From sequence record MT764208.1: a stretch of DNA of 64,000 nt. One strand, written 5' to 3'. Source of the stretch: Escherichia phage JEP8. Position 1 is the first letter of the stretch; the number at the start of each line of letters is the position of its first letter. Under the pieces are notes generated by a model that worked only from the letters and a program-made list of their open reading frames with translations, was not told the origin of the DNA and did not search any database. The position numbers were made by a program, and so were the translations under genes. Below, in pieces: positions 46,882 to 56,234 of the stretch.

Positions 46882-48038
46882 AGATATTTCCCGAATCGGT
46901 TGTAGTCATCGTCTGTTAAATCGGTATTAACCTGAGATACCAGATACATGATCTCTACTTCCTGCGCTGCATTCTGTACTTCGTCAGAGTTCAACCATTT
47001 ACGCATCCACGGTAACGGATGACGACGAACACTAAACGGGCTTTTCAGTCCGGCTGCACGCATACGGGAATCTGCCAGGTATTCTACATAGGTTTTCAGA
47101 ATTTCCGGTGACAGGTTAGGAATTGCCCCCATTGCGAATAGGTGGTCTACCCATTCTTTTTCTTGCTCGACAACATCCAGAAAGATTTTCGTTGCTTCGC
47201 CTTCAAGTTCTTCCGCAATCTGTTTCCACTCATCACCATCAACCCCCGTTTGCCATTGACGAATAATGTATTGTGTGCCTTTTAAGTGAAGTTGTTCATC
47301 ACGCGCAATAAATTTCATGATCTTCGCGTTACCTTCCAGTAAACCACGTTCGGCAAAGCTGAAAGTACATGCAAAGGACACATAAAAACGAATTGCTTCC
47401 AGTGCATTGACGCAGTGTGCACACAGATAAATCGAAGCCATCAGATCTCGTTTTGTATCTTCAAAAAATCTTCTTGCATCATCTAATGCTGTCTGGTCGT
47501 CTCGTTCTTCCCAATAGCGGAGATCTTCTTTTGCATTCTCATACTTACGAATCCAATAAAGAACGTCATCATAATATTTCCCGATAGATTCCGCTCGCTT
47601 CATGATAGCAGGGTTATCGATGATCTGGTCGAACTCACTAGCCGGATCAATGAAACAGTTACGCATAATGTGTGTATAGCTTCGGCTATGAATCGTTTCG
47701 CTGAATGTCCATGTTTGCAACCATGTATCGAGAGTTGGATCAGATACAATTGGACCAAATGCTGCGGACGGTGCGCGACCTTGAATAGAATCAAGTAATG
47801 TCTGATACTTCAAGTTTTCAGTAAAGAAACGCTTTTCAACGTCACCCATATTAAGATATTGAATGCGGTCGGTTGCAAGTGAAATTTCTTCGGGGCGCCA
47901 AAAAAATGACAATTGCTTTTCGATCAGTTCTTCAAATACTTGATGACGCTGAATATCATAGCGAGCGATACCCAACCCACTACCCAGAAACATTGGTTCG
48001 TTCATAATATCAACATGTTCGCGGTTAAATACGCTCAT
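46878..48038 (-). CDS. nrdB: ribonucleotide reductase small subunit (beta)
   Basis: 386 aa; di-iron/tyrosyl radical protein matching T4 NrdB; uninterrupted ORF (no intron). Confidence 0.95.
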   Translation of the reverse strand: MSVFNREHVDIMNEPMFLGSGLGIARYDIQRHQVFEELIEKQLSFFWRPEEISLATDRIQYLNMGDVEKRFFTENLKYQTLLDSIQGRAPSAAFGPIVSDPTLDTWLQTWTFSETIHSRSYTHIMRNCFIDPASEFDQIIDNPAIMKRAESIGKYYDDVLYWIRKYENAKEDLRYWEERDDQTALDDARRFFEDTKRDLMASIYLCAHCVNALEAIRFYVSFACTFSFAERGLLEGNAKIMKFIARDEQLHLKGTQYIIRQWQTGVDGDEWKQIAEELEGEATKIFLDVVEQEKEWVDHLFAMGAIPNLSPEILKTYVEYLADSRMRAAGLKSPFSVRRHPLPWMRKWLNSDEVQNAAQEVEIMYLVSQVNTDLTDDDYNRFGKYL

Positions 48039-48053
48039 TAATTCACCTCACTA

Positions 48054-48221
48054 TCACTTTTTAACACAAAAGAACTTAGTATTTCTGTTAACTTCGCTAT
48101 CCTGCTGCAATTCCTGCACAGCTTCAAAACAATTTTGATATGATGAAAACTCTACGCTGGTAACAGTTCCTTTATTATATACGCCTACGCTAACGGAAAG
48201 CAATAACCATATTGTAGCCAT
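48054..48221 (-). CDS. hypothetical small protein with hydrophobic N-terminus (55 aa), tandem paralog 1
   Basis: MATIWLLLSVSVGVYNKGTVTSVEF…; not in ORF track; approximate. Confidence 0.3.
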   Translation of the reverse strand: MATIWLLLSVSVGVYNKGTVTSVEFSSYQNCFEAVQELQQDSEVNRNTKFFCVKK

Positions 48222-48396
48222 TAGTTCACCTTTTGTTTTTCAACGCAATATAGATTCATAAAGCGTTTATTGTCTTCGCGGATAATCTCGCGAGCTTTAA
48301 CGAAATCCTGCTTTGTTGCAAATTCAATGCTTGACATATTTCCGTAATTATACATTGAATTGCTGATTGCAATCAATAACCATACAGTAGCCATTA
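48221..48396 (-). CDS. hypothetical small protein with hydrophobic N-terminus (57 aa), tandem paralog 2
   Basis: MATVWLLIAISNSMYNYGNMSSIEF…; stop overlaps start of paralog 1; approximate. Confidence 0.3.
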
Positions 48397-48438
48397 TTCG
48401 ACAACCTCAAAGCATTTATCATCAGGAAGAATAGCCCA

Positions 48439-48561
48439 TTATATGCCGTATTCATCCTCAACGTAGTAGCAACTCCCATCATGTCGAGCATCATATACAT
48501 CACCGACAACAAAGCTATCAGCTAGCTCAAAATCTACAGCAACACATTTTAATTTGGTCAT
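48439..48561 (-). CDS. hypothetical small protein (40 aa)
   Basis: start placed at MTKLKCVAVDFELADSF… after GAGG RBS. Confidence 0.3.
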   Translation of the reverse strand: MTKLKCVAVDFELADSFVVGDVYDARHDGSCYYVEDEYGI

Positions 48562-48592
48562 AATAAAATCCTCACTTGTTTTTGATGGTTGA

Positions 48593-48621
48593 ATTATAGC
48601 GGGGATTTCTCCCCGCGTCAA
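48593..48621 (-). promoter_or_regulatory. PeSL-type early promoter (TTGACG-GCGGGGAtttcTCCCCG-TATAAT)
   Basis: minus-strand; spacer hairpin equals the 4387 hairpin in reverse orientation; approximate. Confidence 0.5.
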
Positions 48622-48629
48622 CACTTATT

Positions 48630-50873
48630 TTACAGCTTGCAAGATGAGCACTCGCTAGAGTCTTCCGTACCATCTGCACCGTCGCGAACGTTCGCATAAT
48701 ACAGGGTTTTCAGACCGTAATATTGAGCAAACAACATATCATCTAAAACATCAGCAATATCGACTTTACCAGTCTTATAAGTGCTTGGATCGTAGGATGT
48801 ATTGGAACTAATCGCCTGATCCACAAACTTCTGCATGATCGCTGCCAGTGTCAGATAAGGCTTGTTACCTTTCTTGATCAGTGTCCAAAGCAGGTCAATA
48901 ACATCAGCATTATTCTCTACGTTCGGAATGACCTGATTAAATTGCCCTTCTTTCGATCCTTTAACCGATACAATCCCGCGAGGCGGTTCAATACCGTTTG
49001 TGCTGTTAGATACCTGAGAAGACGACTCACACGGCATCAGCGCCGAAAGTGTACTGTTACGAATGCCATATTTTTTCAGGTCTTCGCGCAGTTCTTCCCA
49101 ATCCATCTCATACACAGGATCAACCAGTTCATCTACTGTCTTTTTGTACCAGTCGATAGGAAGTTCACCGCGACCATAGCGTGTTTCGTGCATCAGTTCG
49201 CAAGCACCCTTCTCTTTAGCCAGTTGCACACTAGCCTTAATCAGAGCATATTGCAAGCGTTCAAACGTTTTATGCGTAAACTCGTTAGCGTCTTCATATG
49301 TGAAGAAATTATCTGCTAGATATGATGCAAAGTTAGTCACACCAACACCCAGAGAGCGACGTTTTTTGGCTGTCAGAGCTTGTTCTACAGGATAATCCTG
49401 GTAATCTAACAGGTTGTCAAGTGCACGCACCATAACCATAGCGATCCGCTCTACTTCTTCCATATTTTCGATATCAAAGTTTCCTAAAACATATGCTGCC
49501 AAAGTACATAGGCTGATCTCTGAATCATCACGACCCATCGGTTTAGTAGGCAGAGCAATTTCACAACACAGGTTAGATTGTTTAATCGGTGCTACATTAC
49601 GAATAAACGCCCCGTGATTGTTCATGTTGTCTGTGAACGTTGGGTAGATTCGACCAGTGTTAAAACGTTCAATTGCCACCGCTAAAAACAGGTCTTCGGC
49701 TTTAACACGAGTTTTACGAACACTCGGATCTTTTTCCAGTTTTTCGTAAAGCTGACGGAAACCTTCCTCATCTCGGAAGTATAGATCCCACAACAAGCCA
49801 CCTGCAACATCTGGACTAAACAGAGTAATGTAATCCCGTTTAAGGAATCGCTCTACCATCAGGTTATTAATCTGTACGCCGTAATCAAGATGACGAATGC
49901 GGTTATCTTCCACCCCCTTATTGTTCTTTAACACAATCAGACTTTCAAACTCTAAATGCCACATTGGGTAATAGAGAGTCGCCGCCCCGCCACGAATACC
50001 GCCTTGTGAGCATGACTTAACAGCAGTCTGAAAATGTTTCCAGAATGGGATAACGCCAGTATGACGAACTTCACCATGCCCGATCTTAGATCCTTCCGCG
50101 CGAATCATGCCAGCGTTGATACCGATACCAGCACGCTTGCTAATATACTTGATGATTGCATTTGCTGTTTCGTTGATGCCCTGCAATGAGTCATCACTTT
50201 CAATCACAACACACGAACTAAATTGGCGTGTTGGTGTACGCACACCTGCCATAATCGGAGTAGGCAGAGAGATTTGCTTATTCGCAACAGCATTATAAAA
50301 ATCAATCACATGTTCAAGTCGATTTTCTGTCTCTTCTTGATGCAAGCACATACCGATCAGCATATACGCAAATTGCGGTGTTTCGATGATTTTCTTAGTG
50401 CTGCGATCCTGAACAAGATATTTCTCTTTTAACTGCATAGCACCAGCATAGGTCATTTTAAAATCAAGTTTATGGTCGATGAATTTCTCCAGATATTCCA
50501 CTTCTTCACGGGAATACTTTTGTAGAATTTCACGATCATATTTTCCGGTTGCAATATTACGCTCAATATGGCTGTAAAAATCAATCGGTTGGAATTGACC
50601 GTATACTGATTTGCGAAGCGCGAACATTGCAAGGTTACTTGCTACATATTGATAATCTGGTGTTTCTACAGTAATGTTATCTGCGGCGACCTTAATCAAT
50701 ACTTTCTGGATATCATTGGTAGACATACCTTCTGTCAGAAGTGGTTCAACCATATCAAACAATTCATATGGATCAACGTTATGACCTTCGGCTGCCGCTT
50801 CCAGAATTTTCATTACTTTTTCTTTTTCAAACGGAACAGTCAGACCGGAAGACTTAACAACATTTTTAATCAT
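48630..50873 (-). CDS. nrdA: ribonucleotide reductase large subunit (alpha)
   Basis: 747 aa; class Ia RNR catalytic subunit with ATP-cone N-terminus and C-terminal Cys pair. Confidence 0.95.
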   Translation of the reverse strand: MIKNVVKSSGLTVPFEKEKVMKILEAAAEGHNVDPYELFDMVEPLLTEGMSTNDIQKVLIKVAADNITVETPDYQYVASNLAMFALRKSVYGQFQPIDFYSHIERNIATGKYDREILQKYSREEVEYLEKFIDHKLDFKMTYAGAMQLKEKYLVQDRSTKKIIETPQFAYMLIGMCLHQEETENRLEHVIDFYNAVANKQISLPTPIMAGVRTPTRQFSSCVVIESDDSLQGINETANAIIKYISKRAGIGINAGMIRAEGSKIGHGEVRHTGVIPFWKHFQTAVKSCSQGGIRGGAATLYYPMWHLEFESLIVLKNNKGVEDNRIRHLDYGVQINNLMVERFLKRDYITLFSPDVAGGLLWDLYFRDEEGFRQLYEKLEKDPSVRKTRVKAEDLFLAVAIERFNTGRIYPTFTDNMNNHGAFIRNVAPIKQSNLCCEIALPTKPMGRDDSEISLCTLAAYVLGNFDIENMEEVERIAMVMVRALDNLLDYQDYPVEQALTAKKRRSLGVGVTNFASYLADNFFTYEDANEFTHKTFERLQYALIKASVQLAKEKGACELMHETRYGRGELPIDWYKKTVDELVDPVYEMDWEELREDLKKYGIRNSTLSALMPCESSSQVSNSTNGIEPPRGIVSVKGSKEGQFNQVIPNVENNADVIDLLWTLIKKGNKPYLTLAAIMQKFVDQAISSNTSYDPSTYKTGKVDIADVLDDMLFAQYYGLKTLYYANVRDGADGTEDSSECSSCKL

Positions 50874-50920
50874 ATTACCTCACTTCATATTTTAGCAGGA
50901 ACAAGTTTATCCTCCATATT

Positions 50921-50944
50921 GGGGGCTTTCGCCCCCTTTTGTTT
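50921..50944 (+). terminator. plus-oriented intrinsic terminator-like hairpin between td and nrdA
   Basis: GGGGGC-tttc-GCCCCC followed by TTTTGTTT on the plus strand although flanking genes are on the minus strand. Confidence 0.4.
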
Positions 50945-52175
50945 ATACTGCCATTTGAGCGGTGATCGCTGGATGGCTTTGATAGTTGTGAATTTTAAAG
51001 TCTTTCGGAGTCTTTGTCAATACCTCATCTAAAGATTTAAATTCCGGCAACTCGATTGTTGGTTTATCAAACGGAACACGGCTTAACTGTTCCATAACTT
51101 GATCAAAATGGTTTTTGTAAATGTGAGTATCTCCACCAGAGAAAATCAGTTCTCCTACCTCAAGGTCACACATTTTAGCTATGATGTGAGTTAACAGCGC
51201 ATAGCTGGCGACGTTAAAGGGCAAGCCCAAAAAGCTGTCTACGCTTCGCTGAAACCACATACAAGACAGTTTACCCTCATTGACATAGAATTGCACGAAC
51301 GGATGACATACACCTAATACAGCATTATGTGTTCCTTGTACGTTCCATGAGTCAATGATGATACGTCGATCCGTTGGATTGTTTTTAATTTGTTCAATCA
51401 CGTTTTGTAACTGGTCTTCCCAAATCTTCGGGCGATAGACATATTCTTCATCGTCTTTAGTGCTCGATGTGTCTACGTCCATACTAGCAAAGATCGTGGT
51501 ATCGGGTGCTAAAATATCCCCACCCAGATAATCACTATCAAGCAGATAACCGAAATAACCATCATCTACCCATTCCTGGAATCCCCACAAGCAATATGCA
51601 TCATTAACAAAATTAGATTGAGTCTTCCAGTGATCTGCTACTAAGAATTGATTATATTCAGAATCAAACTCTTCATAACGCATACCACGCCAGATAGCAC
51701 ATAAACGGTCTTCTGTGTCGTTGGTTGGCGTAAAGTCTTCTACCCACGGGTGTTTAAATGTATGTGTATATTTGCTCTTAACGCGCTTAATTTTGATTTC
51801 ACCGTGTGGATGAATCGGTTTGCGTCGCCATGCCATACCATACATATTGCCAACATTATAGCCGTTGAATCGTAGCGGATTCTTTTCTTTCATATCAAGA
51901 CAGTTGCCGCGCCAAATGTCGAAGGCTTCTTCGTCAAACTGACCGCGTGTAATTTCCTGTAATCGACGGCGGTCAAGTGATCCCTCCATAAACCATAGCA
52001 ACTCGCCAATTACAGAGGCTGTAGCCATCTTTTTAGTGGTCAGTAATGGGAAACCCTTGCTTAAATCAATTCGCATCTCTGCGCCGAATTTAGAGAGCGT
52101 ACCTACCCCCGTGCGGTCTTCACGAGGCCAGCCATTATCAAGAACATCACGCAATAGTTTCAAATATTCTTTCAT
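50943..52175 (-). CDS. td: thymidylate synthase (ThyA/Td type) with a large internal insertion
   Basis: 410 aa; TS motifs …DRTGVGT…, …NPTDRRIIIDSWN…, catalytic …VCHPFVQFYV…, …FQRSVDSFLGLPFNVASYALL…; about 115 extra residues between the …MYGMAWRR… and …DQLQNVIEQIK… blocks. Confidence 0.9.
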   Translation of the reverse strand: MKEYLKLLRDVLDNGWPREDRTGVGTLSKFGAEMRIDLSKGFPLLTTKKMATASVIGELLWFMEGSLDRRRLQEITRGQFDEEAFDIWRGNCLDMKEKNPLRFNGYNVGNMYGMAWRRKPIHPHGEIKIKRVKSKYTHTFKHPWVEDFTPTNDTEDRLCAIWRGMRYEEFDSEYNQFLVADHWKTQSNFVNDAYCLWGFQEWVDDGYFGYLLDSDYLGGDILAPDTTIFASMDVDTSSTKDDEEYVYRPKIWEDQLQNVIEQIKNNPTDRRIIIDSWNVQGTHNAVLGVCHPFVQFYVNEGKLSCMWFQRSVDSFLGLPFNVASYALLTHIIAKMCDLEVGELIFSGGDTHIYKNHFDQVMEQLSRVPFDKPTIELPEFKSLDEVLTKTPKDFKIHNYQSHPAITAQMAV

Positions 52176-52416
52176 CCCACATCACCTTTTTCTTATTGAT
52201 TGCTTTCTTACGCAGTTTTGCTACTGTCTCGTCAATATTGATAAAGACAACGCCCGGATCGAATACAGTAACAGGTCTTGAAATGTCGCTATTTTCCTGT
52301 ACTGGAAGCCATGACGCTTGAGCTTCATCATAGAGATATTGTAAGCCGTAATAATCTACGGCTACTGCGTAGTTTTCACTGGTAGCCGTCCATAATTGAA
52401 TAATACTGATTTTCAT
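52147..52416 (-). CDS. hypothetical protein (about 89 aa)
   Basis: track ORF; start placed at internal Met MKISIIQLW…; overlaps td start. Confidence 0.3.
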   Translation of the reverse strand: MKISIIQLWTATSENYAVAVDYYGLQYLYDEAQASWLPVQENSDISRPVTVFDPGVVFINIDETVAKLRKKAINKKKVMWDERIFETIA

Positions 52417-52509
52417 TATTGTTCCCGTCCACAATGTAAACACCGACTACCAGCAAACATCAAAGATTCACCACAATGTTTGCACTCATAATCTGTCAGA
52501 ATTTTCATG

Positions 52510-53091
52510 TTACGCCTTCTTACGTTCTAAAATTTGTTCGCTGACCAGGTAATCATCAAGGAAGTAATTATGTTCTTCTTTTGTTGCAAAGTTAAAATAT
52601 AATTCCTGAATCATTTCCTTAGAGATTCCAACATCATGTTCAAATGGATCGTTGATCCCTGAACGTTGAACATACGTTAACACAATACGGTCCGCAAAGT
52701 CAACCGCTTTTTCAATCAGGGAAGGTCCACCGATAACACTTACCAAACCTTGCAATTTCTCTATGACTTCTAATAATTCCTTCAATCCACCATCATTAGT
52801 AATCGCGGTATACACATCAGGTTGTTCGCCGTTTTTTGCTTTCGGTGCTGGCTTACTGGTATCGGTACTAACAACCACATTCACACGACCTTCCAGTGCT
52901 TTAGGGAGACTTTCAAAGGTATTACGTCCCATTACAACCGCCGCAAGATCAACATCTCCCATAGTGCGCATTTTAAAGTTTTCCATGTCCTTTTTGATTG
53001 GACGACCCCACGGTAAACCGCCTTTAAAACCAAACGCCCAATTTTCATCTGACATTTTAGTGTCACCAATCGCAAATACACATTGAATCAT
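52510..53091 (-). CDS. frd: dihydrofolate reductase
   Basis: 193 aa; …GFKGGLPWGRPIKKDMENFK…VMGRNTFESLP… DHFR signature. Confidence 0.85.
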   Translation of the reverse strand: MIQCVFAIGDTKMSDENWAFGFKGGLPWGRPIKKDMENFKMRTMGDVDLAAVVMGRNTFESLPKALEGRVNVVVSTDTSKPAPKAKNGEQPDVYTAITNDGGLKELLEVIEKLQGLVSVIGGPSLIEKAVDFADRIVLTYVQRSGINDPFEHDVGISKEMIQELYFNFATKEEHNYFLDDYLVSEQILERKKA

Positions 53092-53106
53092 AATATAAAT
53101 CTCCCA

Positions 53107-53436
53107 TCAAATCAGTTTGAAATAGTTTTCGTTTACATTTTCTTCTGTGATTGCTGTCTTAAATTCTTGACCGTTATCCGGTGTGATGAAATAACGGTCA
53201 GAATAATCACGAAAACGTTTTAAGTGAGATACCCCAACATTAACACCATTTTCCCAAAAACGAAAGGTAATCATTTTTGGTTCATATCGATAGTCGCTGG
53301 TTAACACAGTACCATCCCCGCGACGGGCTTCATAAACCGTAATACATTCACGATTGGCGGCTTTTAGGCATTCTTCAATAGTGCCGCACGAGATAATACT
53401 TACTTTTTCATCTACGATTTGTTCTACAGTCCACAT
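53107..53436 (-). CDS. hypothetical protein (109 aa)
   Basis: start placed at MWTVEQIVDEK… after the PeSL leader. Confidence 0.4.
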   Translation of the reverse strand: MWTVEQIVDEKVSIISCGTIEECLKAANRECITVYEARRGDGTVLTSDYRYEPKMITFRFWENGVNVGVSHLKRFRDYSDRYFITPDNGQEFKTAITEENVNENYFKLI

Positions 53437-53467
53437 AATATAATCCTCTCTTTGTTTCGATATGTGC

Positions 53468-53495
53468 ATTATACACTATTGCGTTACGCTGTCAA
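53468..53495 (-). promoter_or_regulatory. PeSL-type early promoter (TTGACA-N16-TATAAT)
   Basis: minus-strand; approximate. Confidence 0.5.
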
Positions 53496-55112
53496 CTCTT
53501 TTTCAAAAGTTTTTACGATATACATGATAGTGCTCAATTCAGACGGCGCTACTGTTTCTGTGTAGCCATCCGGCATATCTTCTTTTGAGATATAGGAAGT
53601 TTTACCTTTCATCGCTTCCTTGATCTTGTTCTCTAAGTCTAAGATCTTTTGACCGTCTTGTAAAGTCAATTCATAAAAGATCTCGTGGTTGAATTTGGAA
53701 AGTCGAGATTGACCTCCAATTCGTTCTTTTGTTGTTCTATTGGTTATTCCAAATTTAACGCCAACGAATATTTTTTCTTTTATTAGTTTTTGAATATACA
53801 ATACTCCTTTTTTTAAGGTATTATATCCATATTGTGCGCATTTAGGACAACGAGTTCCTTTCTGAAAGTTTGTTATTGTCGGTGTAAATTCATGGCCTTC
53901 ACTACACACCAAATTTAACTTTGTAGACACACCGTTCCATTCTCCAATAAATCCATTAAATATGATATTTTCTTTTTCGAAAATTGGTTTAAGTCTTTCA
54001 AGATATTCTTCTTTTGATAATGCATAATTATTTGCACATTTAGGACAACGAGTTCCATTCTGAAAACTGGATATGATAGGAGTGAAATTGTGGCCTTCAC
54101 AACACACCAAATCCAATTTTGTTACGTTACCTTTCCACTCACCAACGATTCCATTACAGGTTATATTTTCTTTAATAAATATCGGTGCTAATTTTTCGAA
54201 ATATTCTTCCTTTGGAATCAATTTACGTTCTCTTAATTTAAGAGCTTTACATTTCGGACAGCGGCGACCTTGTTGAAAAACTGCTATGCTCGGGGTGTAA
54301 TTGTGTTTTTCATTACACACCAAATTCAGCCTAGTTCTGCTACCTTTCCACTCACCAACGATTCCATTACAGGTTATATTTTCTTCAACGAAGATTGGTT
54401 TTAATCTTTTAAAATATTCTTCTTTTGATATTTTTCTACTGTTTCTCCAGTTGATAATACCGCAGGTCGAACACCTATTACCGGATTGAAAACCGTTTAC
54501 AGTCGGTGTAAATTTATGGCCTTCACTACACAATAAATTCATTTTTGTTGTGCTTCCGTTCCATTCTCCAATAAATCCATTAAATACGATATTTTCTTTT
54601 TCGAAAATTGGTTTAAGTCTTTCAAGATATTCTTCTTTTGATAGTAATTTCAATTCTCTTAATTTAAGAGCTTTACATTTAGGACAACGACTTCCGACCT
54701 GAAATGCTGTTATCGTCGGAGTAAATTCATGATCCTCACAACATGTTAAGTTTAGTTTTGTGTGCACGCCTTTCCATTCTCCGACGAATCCATTAAACTT
54801 TATATTTTCCTCAATAAAGATTGGTTTAAGTTTTTTATAATATTCTTCTTTTGATAGGGCATAATTATTTGCGCATCTAGAGCATCGTTTACCTTTTTGA
54901 AAATCTGATATTCTTGGTGTAAATTCATGTCCTTCACAACACACCAAACCCAATTTTGTTACGTTACCTTTCCACTCACCAACAAATCCATTAAATACGA
55001 TATTTTCTTTTTCGAAAATTGGTTTAAGTCTTTCGTAATATTCCAATGGGCTAATCGAGTTATAATTTTTCTTAACCCATTCAATCTCATGCGCCTTACG
55101 TACCAACATCAT
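53484..55112 (-). CDS. tandem-repeat zinc-ribbon protein (six repeats of about 70 aa; homing-endonuclease-associated-repeat-like)
   Basis: start placed at MMLVRKAHEIEW…; six repeats of consensus EEY.ERLKPIFEKENI.FNGF.GEWKG..TKLNL.C.EGHEFTP.I..FQ.G.RCPKC; C-terminal 110 aa non-repetitive. Confidence 0.5.
   Translation of the reverse strand: MMLVRKAHEIEWVKKNYNSISPLEYYERLKPIFEKENIVFNGFVGEWKGNVTKLGLVCCEGHEFTPRISDFQKGKRCSRCANNYALSKEEYYKKLKPIFIEENIKFNGFVGEWKGVHTKLNLTCCEDHEFTPTITAFQVGSRCPKCKALKLRELKLLSKEEYLERLKPIFEKENIVFNGFIGEWNGSTTKMNLLCSEGHKFTPTVNGFQSGNRCSTCGIINWRNSRKISKEEYFKRLKPIFVEENITCNGIVGEWKGSRTRLNLVCNEKHNYTPSIAVFQQGRRCPKCKALKLRERKLIPKEEYFEKLAPIFIKENITCNGIVGEWKGNVTKLDLVCCEGHNFTPIISSFQNGTRCPKCANNYALSKEEYLERLKPIFEKENIIFNGFIGEWNGVSTKLNLVCSEGHEFTPTITNFQKGTRCPKCAQYGYNTLKKGVLYIQKLIKEKIFVGVKFGITNRTTKERIGGQSRLSKFNHEIFYELTLQDGQKILDLENKIKEAMKGKTSYISKEDMPDGYTETVAPSELSTIMYIVKTFEKELTA
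53600..54990 (-). repeat. about 210-bp tandem coding repeats (x6) within the zinc-ribbon repeat gene
   Basis: repeated DNA segments correspond to the protein repeats; boundaries approximate. Confidence 0.6.
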
Positions 55113-55139
55113 TTTATCCTCCGTTGTTTCGATGTGTGC

Positions 55140-55167
55140 ATTATACATTACATCATCAGCATGTCAA
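55140..55167 (-). promoter_or_regulatory. PeSL-type early promoter (TTGACA-N16-TATAAT) upstream of the repeat protein gene
   Basis: minus-strand; approximate. Confidence 0.5.
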
Positions 55168-55193
55168 CACCTTTTTCATAAAATTTTAGGCAA

Positions 55194-55222
55194 TAAAAAA
55201 GCCTCCCCGAAGGGAGGCTTTA
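55194..55222 (-). terminator. rho-independent terminator after gene 32 (possibly bidirectional)
   Basis: AGCCTCCC-cgaa-GGGAGGCT flanked by AAAAAAA and TTT. Confidence 0.7.
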
Positions 55223-55229
55223 AAATTCA

Positions 55230-56198
55230 TTACATCGCTAACAGAGAATCCAGGTCATCCAGATCAGAAGCGGAGGAAGTACCGCCACCCAGGTCCAGAG
55301 ATGCCATCAGATCATCAGCGGAAGAATCTAACGCCGTGCTAGCTGCGTTAATACCAACTACAGTGCTAGCTGCGGTAGTACCAGCGTCGAATGCATTCAT
55401 CTGTGCGTCAAAATCATCAAGCTGGCTGTTAATCGCTGCCGCAGCACTGGAAGCCGCAGAACCAGCTACCATAGAAACGCCCATAGTTTTCTTAAATTTG
55501 GTTTCCAGTTCATCGAACGGTTTAAACTGGCTAGGCGCTACAATCTCACTCAGATCAACCATGTTTTCCATCAGATATTTCTGATATGCTTCGTCTTCAA
55601 TTTTCGGAAGCTGTGATTGCTGCATGAAACGAGAATCATCATAGTTCTGGTGTTTATCAACCTTCTTAGCTTTCAGGAGGAAGTTAGCACCGGAGAACAC
55701 ACAAGTTACATCTACCGGAACTTCGCCCATGTCGGTATTCACGTTCACCATTGCAACGATCTTATCATAAATTTTCTGACCGAAGCGGAATTTGAATACC
55801 TTACCTTCATTTTCTGGTGCTTGAGGATCTTTCAGTACCAGAATATTTGCGTAGTAAGACGCTTTACGCTTAATCAGTTGCCATTCTGTTTTATCGGTAT
55901 TGTACAGATCTTTTTCGTTAATATATTTGCACACAGGGCAAGAATCAAAATCACCGTGGGTGCTGGAGCAGTTTTCCCAATACCATTTGCCATTAACTTT
56001 GAAGGAATGGTTTACCAGTTTCACAATCGGCAGACCGTCTTCTGTCTTAGACGGCAGGAAGCGAATCAGGGCTTCACCGTTACCTGCTGCATCAGTCTTA
56101 ATCTTCCACTCTTTCGGATCTTCTTTGGAGAAACCGTTGCCACCTTTCAGTGCGGCCAGTTGAGCTTGCAGTTTGGAAGAATCTTGGCGTTTAAACAT
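55230..56198 (-). CDS. 32: single-stranded DNA-binding protein (gp32-like)
   Basis: start placed at ATG (MFKRQDSS…) after AAGGA; zinc site …[14 protein letters not shown]… and acidic/Ser-rich C-terminus match T4 gp32. Confidence 0.93.
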   Translation of the reverse strand: MFKRQDSSKLQAQLAALKGGNGFSKEDPKEWKIKTDAAGNGEALIRFLPSKTEDGLPIVKLVNHSFKVNGKWYWENCSSTHGDFDSCPVCKYINEKDLYNTDKTEWQLIKRKASYYANILVLKDPQAPENEGKVFKFRFGQKIYDKIVAMVNVNTDMGEVPVDVTCVFSGANFLLKAKKVDKHQNYDDSRFMQQSQLPKIEDEAYQKYLMENMVDLSEIVAPSQFKPFDELETKFKKTMGVSMVAGSAASSAAAAINSQLDDFDAQMNAFDAGTTAASTVVGINAASTALDSSADDLMASLDLGGGTSSASDLDDLDSLLAM

Positions 56199-56234
56199 AT
56201 TCACTATTCCTTCTTTTGATTAATTTACTAGACT

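Noticed and set aside
46878-52175. Group I introns in nrdB or td, as found in T4
   Set aside because: Both genes are single uninterrupted ORFs with all catalytic motifs in frame; the extra sequence in td is translated in frame and has no intron-like stop codons
50943-52175. Intein in thymidylate synthase
   Set aside because: The insertion lacks the N-terminal Cys/Ser splice junction, block B TxxH and C-terminal HN-Cys/Ser/Thr motifs expected of inteins
52420-52512. 30-aa CxxC…CxxC mini-ORF (MKILTDYECKHCGESLMFAGSRCLHCGREQ) between frd and the ORF at 52147-52416
   Set aside because: Plausible zinc-ribbon peptide but too short to call from sequence alone
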